Virus record (IMG/VR): IMGVR_UViG_3300017565_000002
Coordinates: 32,001 to 96,000 of that record
Direction: 5' to 3' (one strand)
DNA from: a virus
Lineage: Duplodnaviria > Caudoviricetes
DNA: 64,000 bases
Shown here: one piece after another, positions 30,818 to 40,484 of the stretch
Numbering within the stretch: the stretch's first letter is position 1
Layout: each line of letters starts with the position of its first letter
Notes under the pieces: generated by a model
Seen by the model: only the letters and a program-made list of their open reading frames with translations
Told to the model about the DNA's origin: nothing
The model's database searches: none
Program-made: the position numbers and the translations under genes

Positions 30818-31420
30818 TCAATTCGAGTATTTTTCAACAAGTCTGTCGAACTCGCCAATATAGAACTCAAGTTTAGCGATATTCTTTTTCAGTTTAGCTA
30901 CCTTTCTCTTATCGGAAAAATTTGAAGATGCTGAAAGTTCGGATACCCGTTTTTCCAGCTCCTTCTTGAATTTAAGGGCCTCGGATTTATATTCCTTTGC
31001 GGTTTTGGCATCCATACCACCAATAGCACGGGCCCTCGAAAATAATCGTGTGATCATTGCATAATTCCCGAACCACATATAACTACCTCTGGTCGTAGTC
31101 AACTGATTGACCAGTTTGAGGTCCTTCAATATTTTACTAGGAGGCAATGTGCTCATGTATGCTTTATATCCAGTCTTAACTTTTTGCCAAGCTGAGGCGT
31201 CCTTGGACTTTTCGGCTTCCGACGATTGTTTGATCAAATCGACCAAGGAAGCACCGCCAGCCGCCTCAAACATATATCCATCTACATTTTCGGTCTCAGA
31301 TAAAAAGAATTCCAACGCTGTCTCTTTTAGAAATTCTTCTTCATCTTCATCAAACGCCACGTCCAAATCTTCCAAGGCTTCTCCTTCTCGGATTAGTCGT
31401 ATGCGATCTTTAATATCCAT
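30818..31420 (-). CDS. probable internal head protein, leader family member D
   Basis: MDIKDRIRLIREG leader, very acidic propeptide ending MFEA, basic mature part. Confidence 0.65.
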   Translation of the reverse strand: MDIKDRIRLIREGEALEDLDVAFDEDEEEFLKETALEFFLSETENVDGYMFEAAGGASLVDLIKQSSEAEKSKDASAWQKVKTGYKAYMSTLPPSKILKDLKLVNQLTTTRGSYMWFGNYAMITRLFSRARAIGGMDAKTAKEYKSEALKFKKELEKRVSELSASSNFSDKRKVAKLKKNIAKLEFYIGEFDRLVEKYSN

Positions 31421-31444
31421 GCTCTAACCTCCATTGATTTCGAT

Positions 31445-31456
31445 TATGATAATGTT
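31445..31456 (-). promoter_or_regulatory. late promoter motif AACA-N6-TA
   Basis: AACATTATCATA. Confidence 0.7.
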
Positions 31457-31471
31457 ATAAACGACCACTGC

Positions 31472-32212
31472 TTGGACATATTACCATACTTTGGCTCGGG
31501 AGATGAAGAAATGATACCTATATTTTCAGAACCATCCAATCATACTACGTATCGAAATACATCAGGTGTAGTTGTACCTTCAGTTACAAGCATTATTCAT
31601 ATGATAAATAAACCCGAATTGGTACACTGGGCTAACTCTTTAGGGTTTAAGAGGAAGAGTGTTAGTAAAGAGTTAGACGTATCTGCTTATATTGGTGATA
31701 TTACACACAAGTTGGTGGAAATCTATACTACAACGGGTAAATACTCATATGATATTATAGATCGCAAAGGTCCAGTCGAGAGATTAGGAATTAAAAATGC
31801 ATTCCTATCCTTTCTCCAGATGTATAAGACCGAGCACCCTCATATCGAAATTCATGATACAGAAGTTCAATTGGCCGGAGAGAAATTTGGTGGGACAACT
31901 GACCTTTTGGCTAAATATCATGGTAAGTTTACTATAGGAGATTACAAGACTAGCAAAGGATTCTATCCTACGATGTTTTTACAAATTGCAGGATACGATC
32001 TTCTACTCCGAGAGCTTGGATTATTTAAAGCCGAGCAATACGTCGTGTTCTTGTTAGATAAACGAGATGGTAGACCTGCCAAGATAAAGATATGTGACGA
32101 TAAAGATCAGATGCAGCTATATCGGAAGTGTTTTAAGACTTTGGTCGATTTCTATTACGATTGGTATATGATTAATCAACGCTACTGGGGTAAAGACCTC
32201 CTTGTTAAATAG
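31472..32212 (+). CDS. PD-(D/E)XK (RecB/lambda-exo-like) exonuclease; true start may be 31511
   Basis: PSVTSI, GTTD, DYKT and QxxxY motifs. Confidence 0.85.
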   Translation: MDILPYFGSGDEEMIPIFSEPSNHTTYRNTSGVVVPSVTSIIHMINKPELVHWANSLGFKRKSVSKELDVSAYIGDITHKLVEIYTTTGKYSYDIIDRKGPVERLGIKNAFLSFLQMYKTEHPHIEIHDTEVQLAGEKFGGTTDLLAKYHGKFTIGDYKTSKGFYPTMFLQIAGYDLLLRELGLFKAEQYVVFLLDKRDGRPAKIKICDDKDQMQLYRKCFKTLVDFYYDWYMINQRYWGKDLLVK

Positions 32213-32248
32213 ATTAAACAAGTGATAAATTACTAGGGAGGAATCGTT

Positions 32249-32692
32249 GTGAGTGTTCTGGAGCGAATCGTACTTATTCAAGAAGGTATTTATCATGAAG
32301 AACCATATCTGCAAGAAGCATTTTTCAAGACCAAAGAGGAACGAACCCATAAAAAGCAGATTTATGATGAAGTGATTAAAATGCGTAGGAAGCTACTGGC
32401 AGAAATCGAAACGACGATTAAAACCAAAGACAATGTCCGGGCTATAGATAATTTGATAACTTCTTATGTTAATAAGTATAAGGACGATAAGATTGCATTG
32501 GTCGTTATTAGAAAGGAACTGATCGGTTCACTTTTTGAAAAAGCGTGGGAAATTCAATGGCATCCTAGTAGTTACCATGGCGATGCATTACAGAAAAAGA
32601 ATTATAAATTCGATCCAGACGTGATTGATCAGTTGCATGTCCTCTACAGGGACAAGAGGAAGCAGCTTAAAGATCTGATCAAAAAATTGTAA
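32249..32692 (+). CDS. probable internal head protein, leader family member E
   Basis: GTG start, GGGAGG RBS; MSVLERIVLIQEG leader then LQEA; one-mismatch late motif AACAAGTGATAA at 32217-32228. Confidence 0.6.
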   Translation: MSVLERIVLIQEGIYHEEPYLQEAFFKTKEERTHKKQIYDEVIKMRRKLLAEIETTIKTKDNVRAIDNLITSYVNKYKDDKIALVVIRKELIGSLFEKAWEIQWHPSSYHGDALQKKNYKFDPDVIDQLHVLYRDKRKQLKDLIKKL

Positions 32693-32703
32693 TCAAAAAA
32701 GAG

Positions 32704-32729
32704 AGCATAGAGGCTAAGTCCTCTATGCT
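32704..32729 (+). terminator. intrinsic terminator
   Basis: AGCATAGAGG / CCTCTATGCT followed by a T run. Confidence 0.8.
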
Positions 32730-32794
32730 TTTTATATTTCCACCATAACGACCAATTATATATGATCATGGTGTAGATTATAATCTAATGGGAG

Positions 32795-33508
32795 ATGATG
32801 AGTTTGAGGTTTCTCGGACGTTTTAGGAGATCAAAGAAAGACCATTTACATGAAATTGATGCTGAGGATCTTAGATTATCAATTATAATCATCGCCAGTC
32901 TTCACAGCAGCACACTCAAGCGTATCAATTCATTTGGTTGTCATCTTCCTATTGTCGAAACTATCCTGGCATTTTTAGATACCAATCCCTATTTCAACGA
33001 TGATGATATCAAGAAATATATGATTAGGGTCCTCAATTATGAACGATATTTATTTTCAAGAGGTGTAATAAACATTCTTAACACTGACTACATAGAACGC
33101 CTGCATACACGACTTAAAGTATGGAAGAAAAATCAGGAGAAAGGGAAAGACACCGGTCCTTTTTATTTAAACCGCGACGTGGAGCAGCTAGAAATGTTCC
33201 TCCAATCAATGGATAACACTATGGAGTTTATTGTACATTACGACACTTTATTTACCACCGTCACTCAGAAAGCCATGGATGAAGTTACGAAATACTCCGA
33301 AGCCATGGAGAGGATGTTGGGCCAACATCCTGAAGAGGCAGAAATCATAAATTCTTGTAAAGTCATAGTTACTGTATCGGCATTATACTTAAACGAACCT
33401 TATGGTCAGATATTTAATGACATAGACTCTGAAATTCTCGTCAAGGCACGATTGGCTATAAGGAATACGATGAATGCTATTCAGGAGATTTTATTGCAGA
33501 AAGAGTAG
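32795..33508 (+). CDS. hypothetical protein
   Basis: 237-aa ORF, GGGAG RBS, variant early motif ATATATGAT at 32758-32766. Confidence 0.7.
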   Translation: MMSLRFLGRFRRSKKDHLHEIDAEDLRLSIIIIASLHSSTLKRINSFGCHLPIVETILAFLDTNPYFNDDDIKKYMIRVLNYERYLFSRGVINILNTDYIERLHTRLKVWKKNQEKGKDTGPFYLNRDVEQLEMFLQSMDNTMEFIVHYDTLFTTVTQKAMDEVTKYSEAMERMLGQHPEEAEIINSCKVIVTVSALYLNEPYGQIFNDIDSEILVKARLAIRNTMNAIQEILLQKE

Positions 33509-33554
33509 AAACCCTACTCTTTCTTTTTTGACGATGATGAAGGGGTGTATTGAT

Positions 33555-33980
33555 ATGGCTATAATGATTATAGAAGAAAAAGATCTATTTACAGTAGATG
33601 AATCTTACCATTTGGTGCACTGCATAAGTGCAGATTATGCATTAGGTAGGGGAATCGCCAAGGAGTTCGATAAACGATTCAATCTTAGGTTTAAGCTCCA
33701 AAGAGTCGGAAGTGGTATCTATCCCGACTGCATACTAATCGGTAGGGTATTTAATTTGGTTACCAAGAAAAGTTACGCCTCGAAACCTACATATAAAACT
33801 TTGGTTGAGGCATTAATTCAAATGAGGCAGTGGGTAGAAGAAAGATTTATATTGAAGCTTGCAATGCCTAAGATCGGTTGTGGGCTAGATAGATTAGAAT
33901 GGGGAAAAGTATTGAAAGCCATTGAGCTTGTATTTGATAGGGTAGATATTGAAATCAGGATATGCATATGGGGTGATTAG
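33555..33980 (+). CDS. TARG1/OARD1-like macrodomain ADP-ribosylhydrolase
   Basis: Start revised to MAIMII. Motifs HCISAD..LG.GIA, LVTKK...KPTY and LAMPKIGCGLDRLEW closely match TARG1. Confidence 0.9.
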   Translation: MAIMIIEEKDLFTVDESYHLVHCISADYALGRGIAKEFDKRFNLRFKLQRVGSGIYPDCILIGRVFNLVTKKSYASKPTYKTLVEALIQMRQWVEERFILKLAMPKIGCGLDRLEWGKVLKAIELVFDRVDIEIRICIWGD

Positions 33981-34296
33981 ATTGATAAAAATTGAAGAGT
34001 TGGATAGGCTGATAGAGGTCGGTGCAAGTATTAGGGATATACTCTTAATCGTAGCAGATACAATCTCTAACCAGCCATCAGAATTAGGAAGAGATCAGTT
34101 ATTGACTGAGCATGGCTTACTGAGTGTTATGTATTGCATCTCGGAGCTACCAACTACAACATGTGCAAGAATCCTATGTTATAATGAAAATACTGTCTCT
34201 ATGCTTCCTACGTCTATAAGCAATCTTTTACCAGTTGACCAGACGAGGAATATAGCTAGTATTCTCCAGCAGTGTAGGCAGATTAAAACTGAATAG
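33949..34296 (+). CDS. hypothetical protein (start uncertain)
   Basis: ORF fills the gap between the macrodomain and the nuclease. Confidence 0.5.
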   Translation: MKSGYAYGVIRLIKIEELDRLIEVGASIRDILLIVADTISNQPSELGRDQLLTEHGLLSVMYCISELPTTTCARILCYNENTVSMLPTSISNLLPVDQTRNIASILQQCRQIKTE

Positions 34297-34368
34297 ATAA
34301 TTTATATTATCTCGAAGATAAAATTTTTCGTTTCGGTTAACTACCCATTAAAGGGTTGTTTTGAAAGG

Positions 34369-35568
34369 GTGATACCTATGTATCGTGATAGACTGAGGAT
34401 ATCGGCACATATAGCCGATATCCATATTGGTGTTCATACTATTACCGCGGAAGAGATTAAATATCAGTTATACGAGAGATTTATTAAACCACTAAGTGAA
34501 CTAGCTATACTAGACCTTATCACTGTCAACGGGGATGTGTCCCATTTATCATTGTCGTTTAACTCAAAACTTGCTGAAGTTTATATCTGGTTCTTCGATA
34601 GTATCGTGTCTATCGCAAAGAAGAAGAACGCCGCAATTATCGTCGTTCAGGGTACATTATCCCATGAATACGATCAGCTTGACAATGTCAAAGTGTATCA
34701 GTCAAGTGTTGAAATGTACTTCGCATCAGAACCTATGGTTGTAGAAACCAAGGGGATGCGAATCTATTGTCTTCCAGATATTCATATCAAAAATAAGGAA
34801 GACGAATCTAAACTTTATAGCTTTCCCGATGGTCACTTTGATATGGTATTGGGCCATGGGAGTATAACGGAAACACAGTTTATTAAACAAGAATCCGAAC
34901 ACGCGATATCAAAGAATATTGTCTACGAGAGTAAGCAACTCGTAAGAATCTGTAAAGGACCAATTCTGTTCGGGCATATACATAGTCCGATGAAGTTTCT
35001 GGGGCGGATCTTCTACATCAATTCCTTTACGCGGTATATCCACGGGGAAGAAGCCGACAAAGGATGGATGTTAACTGCTTATATCCCCGAGACTGCACAG
35101 TTTATTGCAGAGCGGGTGATCAACGACCTCGCATTTAACTTCAATATCTTCACAGTTAGCCACCAGTTGTTTGATAAATTGGATGCAGATGAACTTGTTA
35201 AGAAGATTGACAAATTCGTCAAAGAATATAAAGTAGATCGACTTTGTCTGGAGCTTAACTACATGGCAACAGACGCAAATATCGCCAAGATTCAAATCTT
35301 AAGGAATTACTATAGTAGAGATAAGCATGTCAACAAGCTGAAGATTAAAGCGTTAAGTAAGAAAGAAGCCCAATTGATTGAGCAAAATGAACGTCAAATC
35401 GAAGAGAATAAGAAAAGTTACTTGACAGATAAATCGCTTACTTTTGAAGAAAAGCTTCAACGATTTATTGAGGAGGAATACAACGTAAAGGTTCCAATAT
35501 CGAAATTACACACCGTATTTACCAGTGACGATCTACTCATACGCGAAGGAGTGTCAAGCGTACGATGA
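34369..35568 (+). CDS. sbcD: SbcD/Mre11-like metallophosphoesterase nuclease
   Basis: ADIHIG, NGD, GTLSHE, LGH and GHIH motifs. Confidence 0.85.
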   Translation: MIPMYRDRLRISAHIADIHIGVHTITAEEIKYQLYERFIKPLSELAILDLITVNGDVSHLSLSFNSKLAEVYIWFFDSIVSIAKKKNAAIIVVQGTLSHEYDQLDNVKVYQSSVEMYFASEPMVVETKGMRIYCLPDIHIKNKEDESKLYSFPDGHFDMVLGHGSITETQFIKQESEHAISKNIVYESKQLVRICKGPILFGHIHSPMKFLGRIFYINSFTRYIHGEEADKGWMLTAYIPETAQFIAERVINDLAFNFNIFTVSHQLFDKLDADELVKKIDKFVKEYKVDRLCLELNYMATDANIAKIQILRNYYSRDKHVNKLKIKALSKKEAQLIEQNERQIEENKKSYLTDKSLTFEEKLQRFIEEEYNVKVPISKLHTVFTSDDLLIREGVSSVR

Positions 35569-37451
35569 TACAAGGCGTATTAGACGAACCCAAATCGAAC
35601 TACGATACTTCGGTGATGAATGGTACCGCAGGGAAAATCCAAGGCAACTCGGGTATTCGATTTAAGAATATCCCACTAAAGTTTGATATTGAGACACTAG
35701 ATCTCCTATTGGCATTCGCGTTTGACGATACCAATGTCCAAATCACCAGAGCGGCTCTGATCAACCTCAGAACGTTGGTGAATATGTGTAATACAAATCT
35801 ATACCGGACAAATCAAGGGTTGAAGACAAGATTAGAATTCCTTAAACTCATCCTTGAGGCTAGACTTGACACAGGTTTAGCAAATCGTAAGATTATCTTG
35901 AATTACGCAATGGAACGTATTGATCAGAAAGAGTTAGTTCGAGAAGAGATCCTACCGGAGATCAATCGGACAAAACTTAACGGACAAGCTGTACAGCATC
36001 TGAATTTGTTTATTGCCGATCGGTTAATGAACGGATATATCTTAGCGTATCAAGGAGAAATCTTCAAGGCGTATGATGACTTGGAGTCCGGGAACTATTC
36101 TACCTTACGAGACTTTGTACAGCGATTTAAGCACATTATCACAGATCTTATTTATGACATTCGGAATAGTGAGAATTTCCAAGAAAATCTGATGACGATT
36201 GACTTATCATCTGGATTTGAAAATGTCATCAAGCAACTGGTTCAAAAACTGAAAGACCCTAAGAATAAACTAAAGACAGGTTCCCAAGCGGTTAATATGT
36301 TACTTAATGGTGGGTTCGAAGGCGGACGTTCCTACCTTTTCTATGGCTTACCCGGCATTGGTAAGTCAATTCTCTTATTGAATATTTGTATTTGGATTAT
36401 GAATCATAATGAAATCATACCTAATGATCCATCCAAACGTCCGGCTGTATTATATATCACGCAAGAGAACTCTCTGGCGGAAACAATCGAACGGATATTT
36501 AATATGCTGGTCACTGGGGATGACATTCGTAATTATACACCTGAGGAAGTCGCTAACCTGTTAAGAACTAAGGGTGGATTGAGTCTAAAGACGAAATACG
36601 ATATCGATCTTATCGTCCAATACTATGATGACAAAGAGATTTCCACATTGGATTTCTACTCTATCATTGATGATATTGAAGATACCGGAAGAGAAGTTAT
36701 TGCGCTGGTACATGACTATATTGAACGTATTTGGTCATCTATGCGGCTACCGGAACTTCGTCTTGAATTGGCTGCAATCACGAATGATTATTCGACCTTG
36801 GCGAAGCGGAAATCTATACCTGTCATTGGTGCAGGACAGATTAATCGAAAAGGTTCAGATGCTATCGATATGCAGATGGAATCCAACCGTAAAGACTTGG
36901 TTCGATTTATGGGCAAAGGGACTTTGTCTGAATCATGGGCGGCACTGAAGAACCTCGATGGTGCATTTACTATCCACCGAGAAGAGGATGAAGACGGAAA
37001 CGAGTTCATCACCATCAATAAGATTAAATTCCGGGGCAAGAAAGCAAAGAAGAAAAAGAATATGTTTGATTCCTATGTAGCTCACCCATTAGACCCCGAC
37101 AATGGGGCGAAACTCATGGATGATCTTCATTTGGACAAGCCACTATCAAGAGTTACATTATACGAGAACGAAGAAGCCGATATCAAGAAGAAGACTCGAT
37201 CATTGCGAGATCGTAAACCACTTAAGCCGAAGGAAGAATCTATCGAAGAGGTGGAAGAAGATCAGCAGATGAACTTCAAAGTCGTTGAAGAGGCTATTCG
37301 AATGCGTCAACGGATAGAAGAAAAGAATAATCGTATTCCAGATCAGCGGGCAGAGAAGAAGTTCGAAGAAGTATTCTCTTCATATAATCAGACTGGTCTA
37401 TACGTAAGGAATCCGAACGGGTATATTAGATTGACGAGAAAGGTAAGATAA
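35565..37451 (+). CDS. dnaB: replicative DnaB-like helicase
   Basis: Walker A GLPGIGKS, ITQE, HDY, AGQINR, KIKFRG. Confidence 0.88.
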   Translation: MIQGVLDEPKSNYDTSVMNGTAGKIQGNSGIRFKNIPLKFDIETLDLLLAFAFDDTNVQITRAALINLRTLVNMCNTNLYRTNQGLKTRLEFLKLILEARLDTGLANRKIILNYAMERIDQKELVREEILPEINRTKLNGQAVQHLNLFIADRLMNGYILAYQGEIFKAYDDLESGNYSTLRDFVQRFKHIITDLIYDIRNSENFQENLMTIDLSSGFENVIKQLVQKLKDPKNKLKTGSQAVNMLLNGGFEGGRSYLFYGLPGIGKSILLLNICIWIMNHNEIIPNDPSKRPAVLYITQENSLAETIERIFNMLVTGDDIRNYTPEEVANLLRTKGGLSLKTKYDIDLIVQYYDDKEISTLDFYSIIDDIEDTGREVIALVHDYIERIWSSMRLPELRLELAAITNDYSTLAKRKSIPVIGAGQINRKGSDAIDMQMESNRKDLVRFMGKGTLSESWAALKNLDGAFTIHREEDEDGNEFITINKIKFRGKKAKKKKNMFDSYVAHPLDPDNGAKLMDDLHLDKPLSRVTLYENEEADIKKKTRSLRDRKPLKPKEESIEEVEEDQQMNFKVVEEAIRMRQRIEEKNNRIPDQRAEKKFEEVFSSYNQTGLYVRNPNGYIRLTRKVR

Positions 37452-37513
37452 GGGGGGAAATATATATCATCCACGATCTTGTTGAGCAATACAAGCTCAC
37501 GCGTTTAGGGTTA

Positions 37514-37936
37514 ATGGCTATGCTAAAGACCGCAAACGAAGATCGAAAAATAATAACAACCATGATCTCTTCCTGTGAGTTCGCCATTCATGTGATGGAG
37601 ACTGGCTATTGGCCAGCTCCAAGGCGAACCATTGATCGGAGAGAAAAAGCAGCTAGAGAATTTTCGATTGCGGAAATTGATCATATACGAAAATATGATC
37701 ACCATAAACCAGTAGTGCCAGAAAATAAGTTGACACCAGAGCAATTGGCAAAGATAGACCAGACATTGTCTATATTATCAAAGCGAGAGAGGGAGACCTT
37801 CGTCTTGATTTACGGTCAAAACTTCACGATGTCGCAAGCAGCCGAATTGCTCAACGTTTCAAAATCTACGATAAATACTAATATCATCCGATCAAAGAAA
37901 AAAATTAAACAGCAAGGAATGACTATCCATAATTAG
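37514..37936 (+). CDS. Xpf-like (PBSX positive control factor) sigma-70 region-4 protein
   Basis: ISSCEFAIHVMETGYWPAPRRTIDRR resembles the Xpf-family N-motif; LSKRERE...MSQAAELLNVSKSTINTNIIR is a sigma-4 HTH. Confidence 0.8.
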   Translation: MAMLKTANEDRKIITTMISSCEFAIHVMETGYWPAPRRTIDRREKAAREFSIAEIDHIRKYDHHKPVVPENKLTPEQLAKIDQTLSILSKRERETFVLIYGQNFTMSQAAELLNVSKSTINTNIIRSKKKIKQQGMTIHN

Positions 37937-38313
37937 GATAGCCGTCCTTGCTGTCTTTCTTTATTAATGATATCTTCCACAATCGATCGATCCGACCGGT
38001 TGAGAAGATAGATTTGCTCAGGTACGAAAGTTTCGACGATCATATCGTTGAGCATGAGAATCAGATAGAAGAGGTTTTCACTTCCGTAGACTTCCCTTGC
38101 TAAGAGTCTGGGTTTAAACTTATAACGACTCACGTCTCCGGGATTTAATGAAACTAGAATTGCATTTGACTTTAGTGTGTCAATGTAAGGCTCAATAGAA
38201 ATACGTTGTAAAACTTCAAAGCCATCGATAACTTCAAGTTTAGAAACTTTCCTGAGGTTGAAGAAGTCGATAGATACTTCGTTAATATACTGGGATAATG
38301 TCTTAGACGCCAT
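37933..38313 (-). CDS. baseplate wedge gp53-like (LysM-like) protein
   Basis: YKFKPRLLAREVYGSENLFYLILMLND motif. Confidence 0.7.
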   Translation of the reverse strand: MASKTLSQYINEVSIDFFNLRKVSKLEVIDGFEVLQRISIEPYIDTLKSNAILVSLNPGDVSRYKFKPRLLAREVYGSENLFYLILMLNDMIVETFVPEQIYLLNRSDRSIVEDIINKERQQGRLS

Positions 38314-38328
38314 GGATAATCCCTCCTA

Positions 38329-38715
38329 TTAGGAAAATGGTACAATAATGGCTTCTTTGAAATCAAGATCGGGAATATAGATCTTTACCTTACTGCCGGT
38401 CGGGAATGTATCATATCGATAATTGATATTACTCTCATAGGCGTAGGAGATCTCCCGGTGATGCCGCTTAAATAAGTCCGAAACTTTTATGGATACGTAG
38501 TTGAGATCCGTAAAGAGTTGAGATACCACAATATTCTCTTTAGATACAAACATCGTTTTATGGATTGGAATTGAAAGAGGTTTGGATGTCGCCGTCTTAT
38601 CCGTCATGATTGCCGGGATAAACACATCCATACTGGGTGAATTGGCTGAAAAACTACTTATGGTATAACCAATCATATATTCTTTAAGACCAGGCGTTCT
38701 GATTTTTGGAATCAT
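38329..38715 (-). CDS. hypothetical (probable virion) protein
   Basis: Start revised to MIPKIR (GAGGTG RBS); co-oriented with the gp53-like gene. Confidence 0.6.
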   Translation of the reverse strand: MIPKIRTPGLKEYMIGYTISSFSANSPSMDVFIPAIMTDKTATSKPLSIPIHKTMFVSKENIVVSQLFTDLNYVSIKVSDLFKRHHREISYAYESNINYRYDTFPTGSKVKIYIPDLDFKEAIIVPFS

Positions 38716-38749
38716 TAAATATAACACCTCTCGAAAGGGTAGATTTATA

Positions 38750-39247
38750 ATGAAGAAAAAGGGATTCGTTCACATTAAAGAATATGACCTTACCAAAATG
38801 ATTTTGGATAGACTTGATATCGATATTGAAGATGATTATGTGATGATCAATGGTATCGAACCCCTGCAATATAAAGACAAACCACTTATCTTGCCAGACT
38901 ATAAAGATTACATGGCTTATATGAATAGAGGTGTGGTTTTTAGACCATTTTCCAACCTTTCACATGCACAATACCTTATCAATATGTTTTCTGACATAAA
39001 TTCCTGCACAGTCATTTTTGAATATATGAATAGTGAGCGAGTGAAAAAAGATGAAGACGTTAAGCTGTATGATGGTGTCTTGGTAATCAGTGATGATGAG
39101 AAGAAAATGCGTCGACGTATGACATTCAGGGGTGTAAGAAACATCTCGGTCTTGATGACTGCAACCGTGATGAAGTCTATCATGGATTACGATGCATTCC
39201 ATGCGCTGATTTATGATATCTTAAAGATTGACAAAAAAATCGTTTGA
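38750..39247 (+). CDS. hypothetical protein
   Basis: 165-aa ORF upstream of the helicase. Confidence 0.7.
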   Translation: MKKKGFVHIKEYDLTKMILDRLDIDIEDDYVMINGIEPLQYKDKPLILPDYKDYMAYMNRGVVFRPFSNLSHAQYLINMFSDINSCTVIFEYMNSERVKKDEDVKLYDGVLVISDDEKKMRRRMTFRGVRNISVLMTATVMKSIMDYDAFHALIYDILKIDKKIV

Positions 39248-39256
39248 GGTTAAATT

Positions 39257-40453
39257 ATGGAATGGACTAGTGGACAAAAAGAATGTATACATCTTGCTAA
39301 TCGATGGCTTAAGAAACAGGATAAGCAAGTTTTCCAGTATTCGGGCCCAGCTGGAACCGGGAAGACAACTATCATGCCTGAGATCTTATCGAAGAGTAAG
39401 TTGGATGTAGATACAGAGGTGTTATGCATGGCCTTTACGGGGCGTGCGGCATCTAACCTTAGCTTAAAAGGTCTTCCTGCATCCTCTATGCATTCTGCAC
39501 TTATGGATTGTGTCACTGTTCCTAAGAAAGATGAGAACGGTAGAGAGATTTATGCCAACGGAAGAAAGGTAACAACATGGCAATTTGTCAAAAAGGAATT
39601 TCTCCCTCGATCGATAAAACTATTGGTTATCGATGAGGGTTTATTCGTTGGAACTGAAATGGGTCAAATAGCTGAGTCGTTCGGTCTCCCCATATGTGTG
39701 ATGGGGGACACCGAACAGCTTGGCCCCTTGTATGGGAAACCCTATTTTTTAAACTATGATAATATCGATTATACCTTGGATGAGATTACCCGACAGGCAA
39801 AGGGTTCGGGTATTATTGAACTGGCGACACGAATCAGGCTGGGTCAAGAACTCCCAAGGCGGAAATACAGATTTAAGGATGATGCATTTATCATCCCGAA
39901 GAAAGAGATTACAGATACCGTGTTACTAAACTCGGATATTATCTTGTGTGGGAAGAACCGCACAAGGAATTATTTCAATAAGCGAATCAGGGAAGATATC
40001 TTAGGTATCGACTCCAAATTGCCCGTCAAAGGAGATAAACTCATTTGTCGTCATAACTACTGGGGATATAACCTTGGTGGCATATCCCTGACGAATGGGA
40101 TAATTGGGCATGTTATTAATACACCGGCTAGAAGTAGCATTGATCTAAAATCCAACACAATAAAGATCGATTTTCGTCCAGACTATATCGACTATGACTA
40201 TTATGAAAATCTTCCAGTCGATATCGGCTTCTTCCAAGCAGATTGTGGTCCTGATAAGAAATATGATCCATTCAGTAAAGGGATGAAATTTGAGCTAGGT
40301 CACGCGATTACTGTACACGTTTCTCAAGGTTCTCAGTTTGATACCGCCACCTATTGGGATGAGCCGAACCCTATGATGAGTTCAGATTTGTTGAGACGTA
40401 TACGGTATACAGCCGCGACTCGGGCTAGTCAGTTACTAGTATATGCGGTATAA
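39257..40453 (+). CDS. SF1B 5'-3' helicase (Dda/RecD2-like)
   Basis: GPAGTGKTT, FTGRAA, IDE, GDTEQL, ITRQ, TVHVSQGSQF and YTAATRA motifs. Confidence 0.92.
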   Translation: MEWTSGQKECIHLANRWLKKQDKQVFQYSGPAGTGKTTIMPEILSKSKLDVDTEVLCMAFTGRAASNLSLKGLPASSMHSALMDCVTVPKKDENGREIYANGRKVTTWQFVKKEFLPRSIKLLVIDEGLFVGTEMGQIAESFGLPICVMGDTEQLGPLYGKPYFLNYDNIDYTLDEITRQAKGSGIIELATRIRLGQELPRRKYRFKDDAFIIPKKEITDTVLLNSDIILCGKNRTRNYFNKRIREDILGIDSKLPVKGDKLICRHNYWGYNLGGISLTNGIIGHVINTPARSSIDLKSNTIKIDFRPDYIDYDYYENLPVDIGFFQADCGPDKKYDPFSKGMKFELGHAITVHVSQGSQFDTATYWDEPNPMMSSDLLRRIRYTAATRASQLLVYAV

Positions 40454-40472
40454 TATTTTTTTAAACTAGTCT

Positions 40473-40484
40473 AACAGATGAATA
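40473..40484 (+). promoter_or_regulatory. late promoter motif AACA-N6-TA preceding a non-coding unit
   Basis: AACAGATGAATA; the predicted +1 (40484) is the first base of the first stem. Confidence 0.6.

Noticed and set aside
31472-32212. Cas4 or CRISPR-associated role for the PD-(D/E)XK nuclease
   Set aside because: Lacks the four Fe-S cysteines; no CRISPR array or other cas gene in the window.
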